64,000 nt of DNA from Squalus acanthias (taxonomy: Eukaryota), in assembly GCA_030390025.1 (NCBI GenBank), contig CM059431.1, positions 144,152,001 to 144,216,000 of the forward strand. Reading direction: 5' to 3'. The position numbers were made by a program, and so were the translations under genes. Every line of letters starts with the position of its first letter. Positions within the stretch are counted from its first letter, which is position 1. The notes beneath the pieces were generated by a model. That model ran no database searches and was not told the DNA's origin. It was given only the letters and a program-made list of their open reading frames with translations. This document shows, in pieces, positions 1 to 10,654 of the stretch.

Positions 1-2290
1 AAAATAGATTAAAGGGTAAGACGATACATGATCAGTGGTGTACATTTAAGGAGTTATTTTACAACTTCCAAAAAATATTTATTCCACTGAGAAGAAAATG
101 GTGTTAAAGAAAAGACAGTCATCCGTGGCTAAGTAAAGAAATTAAGGATAGTATTCGACTAAAAACAGGTAGCCAAATCTGGTGGGAGGATAGAGGATTG
201 GGAAAACTTTAAGAGACAGCAAAAAATAACAAAAAGATTGATTAAGAAAGGGAAGATAGATTATGAAAGTAAATTAGCAAAAAATATAAAAACAGAAAGA
301 AGGAGGTTTTATAGTTATATAAAAATAAAAAGGGTGGCTAAAGTAAATGTTGGTCCCTTAGAGGAGGAGACCGGGAAATTAATGGTGGGAAATATGGAGA
401 TGGCAAATACACTGAATGGATATTTTGTATCAGTCTTTACAGTAGATGACACTAAGAATATAGCAACACTGGACAAACAGGGGGCTATAGGGGGCGGGGG
501 GAGGAGCTAAACACGATCAAAATCACTAAGGAAGTGTTACTCGGTAGAATAATGGGACTGAAGGCGGATAAATCACCTGGACCTGATGGCTTACATCCTA
601 GGATCTTGAGGGAAGTGGCGGTAGGGATTGTGGATGCATTGGTAATAATTTTCCAAAACTCCCTGGACTCAGCAAAGATCCCGGCAGACTGGAAAACTGT
701 TAATGCAACACCCTTATTTAAAAAGGGTAGTAGACAGAAGGATGGAAGCTATAGACCGGTTAGCCTAACATCTGTGGTAGGTAAAATTTTGGAGTCCATT
801 ATTAAGGAGAGAGTAACGGGACATTTGGATAATCATAATTTAATAGGACAAAGTCAGCATGGTTTTATGAAGGGGAAGTCATGTTTGACAAATTTGCTGG
901 AGTTCTTTGAGGAAGTAACATACAGGGTGGATAAAGGGCAACCAGTGGATGTGGTGTATTTAGACTTCCAAAAGGCATTTGACAAGGTGCCACACAAAAG
1001 ATTATTGCTTTAGATAAAAAATCACGGCATTGGGGGTAATATTCTGGCATGGATAGAGGATTGGCTATCTAACAGAAGGCAGAGAGTTGGGATAAATGGT
1101 TCATTCTCAGACTGGCAATCAGTAACTAGTGGTGTTCTGCAGGGGTCAGTGCTGGGTCCCCAACTCTTTACAATCTATATTAACGATTTGGAGGAGGGGT
1201 ACGAGAGTAACATATCAAAGTTTGCAGATGATACTAAGATGGGAGGGAAAGTAGTGAGTGAGGAGGACATACAAAATCTGCAAGGCGGCATAGACAGGCT
1301 AACTAAGTGGGCAGAGATTTGGCAAATGGAAAACAATACTGGAAAGTGTGAGGTTATGCACTTTGGCAGGAAAAATAGTAGAGCAAGTTATTATCTTAAT
1401 GGCAAGAAACTGGAAAGTACTGAAGTACAAAGGGATCTGGGGCTCCTGGTGCACGAAACTCAAAAGGTTAGTATGCAGGTGCAGCAAGTGAGTAAGAAGG
1501 CCAATGGAATGTTGGCTTTCATTGCTAGGGTGATAGAATATAAAAATAGGGAGGTATTGCTTCAGTTGTACAGGGTATTGTTGAGACAGCACCTGGAATA
1601 CTGCATACAGTTTTGGTGTCCATACTTAAGAAAAGACATACTTGCTCTTGAGTCAGTACAAAGAAGGTACACTCGGTTAATCCCGGGGATGAGGGGATGG
1701 ACATACGTGGAGAGGTTGGGAAGATTGGGACTCTACTCATTGGAGTTCAGAAGAATGAGAGGCGATCTTATTGAAATATTAAAGATTGTGAAGGGGTTGG
1801 ATCGGGTGGATGCGTGGAGGATGTTCCTGATGATGGGAGAAACTAGAACTAGGGGGCATAGTCTTAGAATAAGGGGCTGCTATTTCAAAACTGAGATGAG
1901 AAGGAACTACTTCACTCAGAGGGTGGTAGGTTCATGGAATATGCTGCCCCAAAAAGCTGCAGAAGCTACATCATTACATAAATTTAAAACAGAAATGGAC
2001 AGTTTCCTAGAAGTAAAGGGAATTAAGGGTTACGGGGAGCGGGCAGGAATTTGGACATGTTCTAGGTTCGGATTGGTCATGCCCTGTGGGAAGCGTAGCG
2101 GGCCCAGGATCCGTGTAGCCTGATCCTGCTCCTATTTCGTGTGCCCAATTCTGTTAGGTTCAGGAGATGGTTCTGTGATAGTAGATTGGCGGTTAGGATC
2201 AGATCAGCCACGATCTTATTGAATGGCAGAGCAGGCTCGAGGGTCCAATTGGCCTATTCCTGCTCCTATTTCTTATGTTCTTATGTTCTT
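1..2290 (+). mobile_element. CR1-clade LINE, ORF2 (reverse transcriptase) region and 3' UTR, degraded; begins before the window
   Basis: ORF pieces 238-510, 534-1013 and 1149-2123 carry CR1 RT motifs (KSPGPDGLHPRIL, QHGFMKGKSCLTNLLEFF, YLDFQKAFDKVPH, LFTIYINDL, KFADDTK, LGLYSLEFRRMRGDLIE), broken by stops. Ends in a (TTCTTATG)n tail at ~2270-2290. Confidence 0.95.
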
Positions 2291-2455
2291 ATTGTAAATG
2301 GACCGAACCACCGAGATACATGTGGGTGACGGGACTGGCCAGGATGGACTGATCATTACAATAGATTGATCGCTGCAGACCAATCCCACTGATCATTATA
2401 AATGCGCCATGTAGCTACATGTGGAAAACGAGTTTGGCAAGGATGGACTGCTCAT

Positions 2456-5400
2456 TACAACAACAATAACCTTAATTTATATAATGCATCTAACTTAGTA
2501 AAACGCCCCAAGGTGCTTCACGTTAGTGGAATAAGACAACACTGGATCTTCTTCTTCGGTAGTCCCTCGGAAACGAGGATGACTTGCTTCCGCATTAAAA
2601 ATGAGTTCTCAGGTGACTGATGAGTCCAATGCGGGACCTACAGTCTCTGTCACAGGTGGGGCAGACGGTGGTTGAAGGGGCGGGTGGGTGGGGTTCTTGG
2701 GTTGACGTGCATTCCTTGCGCTGCCTACGCTTGGCTTCCGCTTGCTCCCGGCGAAGAGACTCGAGGTGCTCGGCGCCTTCCCGGATGCTTCTCCTCCACT
2801 TTGTGCGGTCTTGGGCCAGGGATGCCCAGGTGTACGTGGGGTTGTTACACTTTTTCAAGGACGCTTTGAGGGTGTCCTTGAAGCGTTTCCTCTGCCCACC
2901 TGGGGCTCTCTTGCCGTGTCGGAGCTCCAAGTAGAGCGCTTAATTTGGGAGTCTCGTATCGAGCATGCGTACAATGTGACCCGTCCATCGGAACTGATCC
3001 AGTGTGGTCAAAGTTTCGATGCTGGGGATGTTGGCCTGAGCAAGAACCTGACGTTGGTGCGCCTATCCTGCCAATGCAATTGCAGGATCTTGCAGAGGCA
3101 GCATTGGTGGTACCTCTCCAGTGCTTAGAGGTCCCTGCTGTACATGGTCTATGTCTCTGAGGCATACAGCAGGGCGGGTATCACTGCTGCTCTGTATACC
3201 ATGAGCTTAGTGCTGGGGTTGAGGTCCTGATCTTCAAACACTCTCATTCTATGGCGACAAAAGGCTGCACTCGCACACTGAAGGCGGTGTTGGACTTTGT
3301 CGTCGATGTCTGCCGTTGTTGACAGTAGGCTCCCGAGATATGGAAAGTGGTCCACGTTGTCCAAGGCCTTGTCGTGGATTTTGATAATCGGGGGGGGCTG
3401 TACTGTGTGGCCTGGGCAGGTTGGTAGAGGACCTTTCTCTTACGGATGTTTAGTTTAAGGCCATGCTCTCGTACGCTTCGGTGAAGGTGTTGACGATGTT
3501 TTGGAGTTCGACCTCCGAGTGAGCACAGACGCAAGCATTGTCTGCATACTGTAATTCCACGACAGAGGATGGGACGACCTTGGATCCAGACTGGAGGCGA
3601 CGAAGTTTGAACAGTTTCCCGTTTGTTCTGTAAATTACCTTCACTCCAGCGGGGAGCTTACTGAGGGTGAGATGGAGCATTGCAGCAAGGAAGATCGAGA
3701 AGAGTGTTGGTGCGATGACACAGCCTTGTTTGACACCGGTTCGTACGTGAATTGGGTTTGTGGTGGAACCATTGGTCAGGATCACGACTTGCATGTCGTC
3801 GTGAAGCAGGCGGAGGATGGTGACAAAATTTTGAGGGCAGCCGAAGTTGCGGAGGACACTTCACAATCCCTGACGGTTGACAGTTTCGAAGGCCTTTGTG
3901 AGATCGAAGAAGGCCATGTACAGCGCTTGGTGCTGTTCCCTGCATTTCTCTTGTAGTTGACGTGCGGTGAAGAAGCAGGATACCGAGCCAAAGAAGGAGA
4001 TTTTAGGACAGGTGACCAAACTTTTTCTCAAATACTTAGGTTTTACTGAGCTCTTAAAAGAAGAAGAGATATGTGGAAAGGTTAAGGGAGGGATTACCAG
4101 AGTTTAGAGCACAGACAGCTGAAGGCACATTCGCCATTAATGGGGAGAAGAAAGAGAAGGGTGCAAAAGCGGCCAGATTTGGAGCAATGCAGACATCTCA
4201 GAGGGCTGTAAGGCTGGACAAGGTGACCGAGATAGGGGAGGTGTGAGGCAATGGAGCGACTTGAACATGAAGATGTATGTTTCTCAATCGAGAAGTTGCT
4301 GGAGCGAGAGCCAATGTAGTTGATCGAGCAAAAAGGTGATGTCTCAAAGGAACTTGGTGGATTCAAGCTATGGGCAGCAGAGTTTTGGGTATGATTAAGA
4401 TTATGGAGGGTATGAGATAGGAAGCCGGACAGAATGGCCTTGGATTGTCAAGTGTGGAGGTGGCAAAAACATGGAGGGTTCTGGCGGACGATGGAGCGGA
4501 GCTGGCAGATGTTATGCAGTCATTGAGATGGAGACGATATCGAGTCAGAAGCTGAGCTGGGGCGCTGAGATTCCGAACACGCTGGTTCAGCCTCAGACAT
4601 TGGCCGTGGAGGTAAAGTGAATCGATGGCTAGAGAACGGAATTTGTCGCTGGGACCAACGACAATGGATTCAGTTTGCCCAATGTTTAATTGAAGGCTCA
4701 TCCACGGCTGCAGGTCAGACAAGTCATTTGACAACACAGAGGCAGTGGAGGGGTCGAGAGAGGTGGTGGTGAGGTGGAACGGTGTGTCGTCAGCAAACAT
4801 GTGGAATCTGACGTTGTGTTCCCGGATGATGTCGCCAAGGGGCAGCATGTAGATGAGAAATCGGAGGATGAAAGACTATGATCTTTGGGGTCACCAGTGG
4901 TAACGGTGCGAGAGCACATATTTAAAGCCATTGCAGGATATTCTCTGGCTCTGACTGCATAGGTAACAGTGGAACCAGGTGAATGCAGGAAAATGGAGGA
5001 GAGGCTTTGGGGTCAAACTTGTCAGAGACGGGAAGAATGAGGCAGGATAGTGCACCAGGGTCACAGTCACACAGGATGCCGTTTGTGACTGCGATAATGG
5101 CAGGTTCAGTGCGGTGGAAAACGCAGGAAACTAATTGGAGAGATTCAAACATGGATTTGCGGAAAGATGGTCATGGATTTGGGAGAAAACAGTACGTTCA
5201 AGGACTTTGGAGAGGAATAGGAGGTTGGAGATGGGTTGATAATTTGAAAAGATAGAGGGATCAAGCTGCATTTGTTAGGAGGTGTGTGAGACGGCAGATT
5301 TGAAAGGGATGGGAACAGTTCCAGAGCAGAGCGAACCGTTCAGAATATCAGCCAGCATATTGGCCAGGAACAGAAGTTGAGTAGTCAGCCATTTTATGGG
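2456..5400 (-). mobile_element. Degraded L2-clade LINE split by an RTE insertion (pieces ~2456-2547 and ~3978-5400)
   Basis: (CAA)n tail at ~2456. The sequence on either side of the RTE joins into a 3' end resembling the L2 at 8866-9340. The minus-strand fragment reads PLGDIIREHNVRFHMFADDT (L2 RT motif). Confidence 0.85.
2547..3977 (-). mobile_element. 5'-truncated RTE-clade (BovB-like) LINE
   Basis: Minus-strand ORF pieces GVKQGCVIAPTLFSIF, ELQYADN, VDHFPYLGS, KRFKDTLKASLKKC and C-terminal CPTCDRDCRSRIGLISHLRTH. (GAA)n tail appears as TCTTCTTCTTC at 2547. Confidence 0.92.
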
Positions 5401-5439
5401 ATTTAGTTGGAAGAAGGTCGAGAGAGCACGAGGTGTATC

Positions 5440-5975
5440 ACGAGGACAAAATTAGATCGGAGAGCACACAACGGGAAATGGGGAACATCGGGGAATTTAC
5501 GGTAATACTGTAACTGTTTAATTACAAATACACGGCAGGTGAATTGAAAGGAGTACAGCATCTGTTTAAATAGAAATACAGAACTGGAGAATTTAGGGGA
5601 ATAGAACAATTGTTTAGTTATAAATGGAATAAAAGGAACTGTAGTTGAACAGAGTAAGAGTTTAGTTAGAAATAGAACTAAAGTGACTTTAGTGGAACAC
5701 AGTAACCTTGTAATTAGAAACAAGGATCACGGGGAATTAGGGGAACACATTAACTGTTTAATTAGGAATCGAGAACAGGGGAATTTGGGAGTAAAGGTTT
5801 AATTACAAATTGGGGCTCATACAACTTAGTAGCCATGTGTATAGAAGTAGGTGACAGGGGAACACGCTTACTGTTTGATAACAAATAGAGGGCAAGGAAT
5901 GTCAGGGAAACACAGTAACTGTTTAATTAGAAATAAAAAATCTCAAGGGAAGACAATTACTTAATTAGAAACAGG
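5440..5975. repeat. Degenerate tandem repeat, unit ~47-50 bp (approx. GGGGAATTAGGGGAACACAGTAACTGTTTAATTAGAAATAGAGAACA)
   Basis: TAACTGTTTAATTA(G/C)AAATA-like cores recur about 10 times at a spacing near 48 bp. Confidence 0.7.
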
Positions 5976-7273
5976 GGGCGGGCAATCACAAACATACGGG
6001 ACTTAATTTGACACGGTAATGTAATGGTTACATTGTTCATGCCTTTGATTTCTATTTTATATGTTGATATTAGATGATTTGATTGATTACACATCGCCTT
6101 CTCACGATTGTAGCTGAGTACAGATACATCGCTCACTGAGAGAATTAAAAACTCTGCCTGCTGCCTTACTCCAGCCTCAAATAGAGTTGGCCGTCTGAAT
6201 CCTGTTTAAAGAGAATGTGCCCATTACAAAAAACTGCCCGCTATTCACCAACACTGCCCCCAGAAGCTGGATGCCGGCCGGATTACCAGAGCCTGGGATC
6301 CACGGGGAAATGAAACCAATTTGCATAACCTTTATCAATAACGAGTTTTCCTTACTGAATGAGCGGTTTTCTTTCTATTGGGCTGACGCGTATCGTAATC
6401 TTAGCTTATTATCTTATCGATAGTTTCACTCTTGATCCATATAATTGCAATTATACCAAGTGAAACCCTGAATTATAAGTCATGACATTCTCTGTATCAT
6501 TGATGTCAATTAAAAATGCTGATGTATGTCCAGATGTTTTCCTTCGCAGAGCATAACCTTCCCACACGTTATCAAATTATTAATGTTCTCTGAAATATAT
6601 GAATCAGTTTGGGATCACATCTCTTAAATTAAATATATTATTGCTTCATCCTGAAACTGACTATTGCTGCAGGGTCAGGCCTGGCCGATCAGCTCAGCGG
6701 TACTTTAAATTGTCTTGTACTTCCCTGCTTAACAGACAAAGGCTGAAGGTTAACATTACTAAAATATAAAGAGAAACCAACACAATATAACATTAGCAGA
6801 TTTCAGGACAGTCTGATTAACCCATTTCTTACAGTGCCCCTCTGTTGGTGTTAGCATACTAACGGCCATCACTTACCAACATCTCAGCAGCATCATATAT
6901 TTATCACGACGTATTCTATAGCGCAGATTTCTACCTATTGGTTTTACACATGTTCTCACTCTCTGGAGCCACATTAACAAATTCATGTAGTGGTGATGTC
7001 AGCTTGACTGACCATGTCATGGATCCGTTCTTCAGGAATCTGCATCATGTATATCGCATGCTGGTTGGTTCACGTTCACGTCAGTTCTGTACACACAGTG
7101 ACATCACAAGATCAGGCAGTACCAGACATCCGATATTGACCCATTTCTGTCCTTTCTGGCTATCGATCAAAAGATCGGGGCTGTGGACGTGTTTGATTTG
7201 AATTTCACCCTGCCTGGTCCTGATGTTTCGGATAGTGGCCAAGCTATCAAATATATTCTTCTCATTGTTCAGT

Positions 7274-7508
7274 ATGTGAGAAGTCGCACAACACCAGGTT
7301 ATAGTCCAACAGCTTTATTTGAAATCACAAGCTTTCGGAGCGCTGCTCCTTCCTCAGGTGAAGTGAAGAGATGCATCTCTTCAGTTCACCTGACGAAGGA
7401 GCAGCGCTCCGAAAGCTTGTAATTTCAAATAAAGCTGTTGGACTATAACCTGGTGTTGTGCGATTTCTCACATTTGTCCACCCCAAGTCCAACACCGGCA
7501 TCTCCACA
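7274..7508. mobile_element. Non-autonomous Penelope-like palindromic element: 200-bp hairpin plus ~35-bp tail
   Basis: 7274-7473 is self-complementary about ATGCAT (7371-7376) with about 4 mismatches. It is flanked by direct repeat TCATTGTTCAGTAT at 7262-7275 and 7509-7522 and contains CTGANGA..GAAA cores typical of Penelope terminal repeats. Confidence 0.8.
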
Positions 7509-8277
7509 TCATTGTTCAGTATAAACAAGGACACAAACATCGTAAACAGAAAGCTATACATTAATTATTTTCACTGCACTTTCCTGAATTTTACAACATA
7601 GTGTATGTGTAAGAATCTCTTTCTGAGATCTTCGATTCCAACTGATTCGACATTGACCCGTATTGGTGGCAGTAATTAAAACTTTAATCATCACAAGCAA
7701 GAATTACTACAATTACTGTATCTTAAGCAGCAATTTACAATGTATAATTAAGAGTTATACTACCCCGTTTCTGCCTCCGGTAATAGTCGAGTTAAGATTT
7801 GTCTGCACCCCTCTGGCCCTGCCTCAGGTCCGTATTCGCCTAGGAATGTCTCCGAGAATACTCTGGATCCTTCTCTGCCTTCCACAACTTACAACTGTCA
7901 GGACTTCCTTCTTATACACTGTAGAGGAGTTTGATTACAATCTCCCCCTGCATGGACCCGACGTTGCGGGATTTCACTAAGCTATCAAGTCCATTCTTCT
8001 CATTGTTCAGTACCATAAAGGACACAACCATCTCCAAGATAAATCAATAAATTAACTGTCTTAGCTACACTTTCATGATTTTCACTAGACTGTGCATTGA
8101 TAAATCGCCACCAGGTTAACTGGAATAAAGAGAGAAATAAATGTTACAATTATGTTAAACCACAAAATTACAATCAACCGTAATATGTGAGCAACTAAAA
8201 GCTTCGTTTCTTCCATCCCGTGAGGACAATTGCTCTTTAATTTTTTCGCGATTTTTTTAACTAACATGTCAGAAAAT

Positions 8278-8683
8278 AAGGAAATACTTGCATTTATAAA
8301 GAACCTTCGATGATTTCAGGACGTCCCAAAGCGCTTTGTAGCCACGTTTTACATTTTTGCTATTTTAATGTTAAAAACACAGCAGCCAAGATCTTTCAAA
8401 CCGCAATCTGATAATGACCAGATTATCTCTTTCAGTGATGTTGGTTCAGGGATAAATATTGGCCAGGAAACCGGGGAGAACTCCCCTGCTCTACTTCGAA
8501 ACAGTGCCATTGGATCTTTTACATCCACCTGAGAGAGCAGTTGCGGCCTCGGTTTAGCATTTCATCTGTAAAACGGCTCATCCGATAGTGCAGCTCTCCC
8601 TCAGTACAGCACTCGAGTGTCAGTCTGAATGAAACCTTCTGACTCAGAGGCGAGAGTGCTATCAACTGAGCCGCGGCTGACAC
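8278..8683 (-). mobile_element. tRNA-derived DeuSINE (SacSINE1-like), lying in the pseudogene intron
   Basis: Minus strand: GGCTCAGTTGATAGCACTCTCGCCTCTGAGTCAGAAGG head; body with GGTGGATGTAAAAGATCCAATGGCAC..GAGCAGGGGAGTTCTCCCCGG; tail AAAGCGCTTTGGGACGTCCTG..TATAAATGCAAGT. Confidence 0.8.
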
Positions 8684-8865
8684 TTTGGAAAATATAGAAA
8701 ATGATGTTAGTAGTGAAAAGGCTTGGAGATGATCGAAGGTGGTGTGGGGATCTGTAGAGTAAATGAAACTACGAGCGTGTAACGGTTAAGAGAGCAGATG
8801 GGAATAAATACGGACACATCGGATTGAAATGGATCAGAAAATATAAAAAGGAGGAAGTAACATTA

Positions 8866-9340
8866 AACAACAACAACAACTTGTATTTAGATAACGTCTT
8901 TAACGTATTAAAATGTCCCAAGGCGCTGCTCAGGAGTATTTTAAGAAAAACAATTTGACAGCGAGCTACTAAAGGATAAATTTGGACAGGCGACCAAAAG
9001 CTTGGTCAAAGAGGTAGGTTTTAAGGAGCGTTTCAAAGGAGGAAAGAGAGGTAGCGAGGTGGAGAGTATTAGGCAGGGAATCCCAGAGCTTTGGGTCTCG
9101 GCAACAGAAGGCACGAACACCAAAGGTTGAGCGATTATAATCAGGGATGCTCAAGAAGCAGAATTAAAGGAGCGCAGATAACTCGGGGTTGTGGTGCTGA
9201 AGGAGAATACAGAGATAGTGAAGGGCGCGGCCATGGAGGGATTTGAAAACAAGGATGATAATTTTGAAATCGAGGCGCTGCTTAACCGGGAGCCAATATA
9301 TGTCAGCGAGCACAGGGGTGATGGGCGAACGCGACTTGAT
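8866..9340 (-). mobile_element. L2-clade LINE 3' fragment
   Basis: (CAA)n tail at ~8866-8880. Minus-strand peptides SPITPVLADIYWLPVKQRLDFKIIILVFKSLHG and LWDSLP..SFETLLKTYLFDQAF. Confidence 0.88.
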
Positions 9341-10483
9341 GCTAGAATAAAGATTTCGGGAGAAATAACCGCCCCACCACGATAAACATCTTGACCGCCT
9401 ATCCAATGTCGGTCTGAATTGTAGAAAGTGGAAGCAGGATAGGGGAACGGGATTCTACAGCTGCAGCCACAGTAGATCGTGTGTTAAAATGTGACATGAT
9501 TCTGAACTAAATCATTTGTTTATACTTTATATTCTGAATACACATTTTAACCATCAGGATCATTTGGAAGGAAGCAGTTCTGATTGTGGCGCGCAGTCTT
9601 ATGACACACGGACTGTTGGAGCTGACTCAGATATTGACAGTGCATTTTGGAGATATACAGCGCAAGTGAGAATGCTTCGAACATTTAATTAAACTGAATG
9701 GTCAACATTACCGTGCCTTTAAATAAGAACTATTCTTACTATAGCATATGAGATTAATAATAACACACTGAATTTTCAGGGTAATACACAAGCACACATT
9801 GGTGATCTAACACCAGCTCCGGATTTAATCTGGAGATTGCTTGGGGCTCAGTATTGATAATAAATCCGGTCACCAGTGAACGTGTTACTTGTCAGACAAT
9901 AAAAGTCATTTATTGTTTGCGGAGCGAATCAATTCGCGAGAAAGCACTGCTCAAATTCACGTCCCAGCTTACCAGGGATAGAGAAGACTGTAACTGGTGG
10001 GCAGTGAACACCGAAAGGAATGTGAAGAGACAACTTTATAACAAACACGGAGAAACTCCTCATCATCTGGCAGGCACCAATAGAGATAATACAGTCTAAC
10101 ATCGCTCCATACAAAGCAATAACGGGTTAAAAGACTTACCTGGGACACCGATGGCTGTAATAATTAGGTAGAGAATTTCCGGGTAATCAATCATTGTATT
10201 TTAGTGTGAAATGTTTTCTTACAGGCCAACGTTACAGGATTCAGCCGAATTGAGACTCTGCTGGGAGTTATTCCAAATGATTAAAATTCATACAATGACT
10301 TTTGTTAGTCTTTAAATTTGAACAAACAGAAGACACCACCGGACAAATTTAGCACAAAACAATTGTATAATTTATACAGGTGATGTAGCGCGCTGTCACT
10401 CTATTTATTATAGAAGAAGGTGTGGATTCGGTCCTGCTTTAAGGTTCCATCCCAAGTGCATCTGAGATCCGAAAATTTTGCCC

Positions 10484-10562
10484 ATGTATAGACCACTCGG
10501 TGCCCCGGTGATAAAATCCGCTTACTCAATAACTGGCGTTAGTTACAGTCACTTAATAAACA
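10484..10562 (-). promoter_or_regulatory. Conserved GPCR-family promoter motif with degenerate TATA (TATACAT)
   Basis: Minus strand TTTATTAAGTGACTGTAACTAACGCCAGTTAT; GTAACTAA starts at 10546, TATA position 10490 (56 nt), the same spacing as at the other four loci. Confidence 0.65.
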
Positions 10563-10654
10563 AGGCAACATTTTCCGCTTCAGTGTCCTGGAACAAAATG
10601 GTGTAATAATGCACCTCGGTCCATAGATTCTACACTAACAGTACACAACTCTAT

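Larger units (their letters stand above)
8085..10194 (-). pseudogene. Truncated GPR139/GPR142-like GPCR pseudogene (exon 1 10194-10140; exon 2 remnant 8119-8085)
   Basis: Exon 1 encodes MIDYPEILYLIITAIGVP and ends at a phase-1 donor CCAG|GTAAGT. Acceptor TCTCTCTTTATTCCAG| at 8120 gives VNLVAI (family TM1 motif GVPxNLV), then YQCTV-stop; the rest of the 7TM body is absent. Confidence 0.78.

Noticed and set aside
6832..6850. CTCF-like site (minus strand CCAACAGAGGGGCAC)
   Set aside because: It has an extra G relative to the core consensus, occurs once, and has no supporting evidence.
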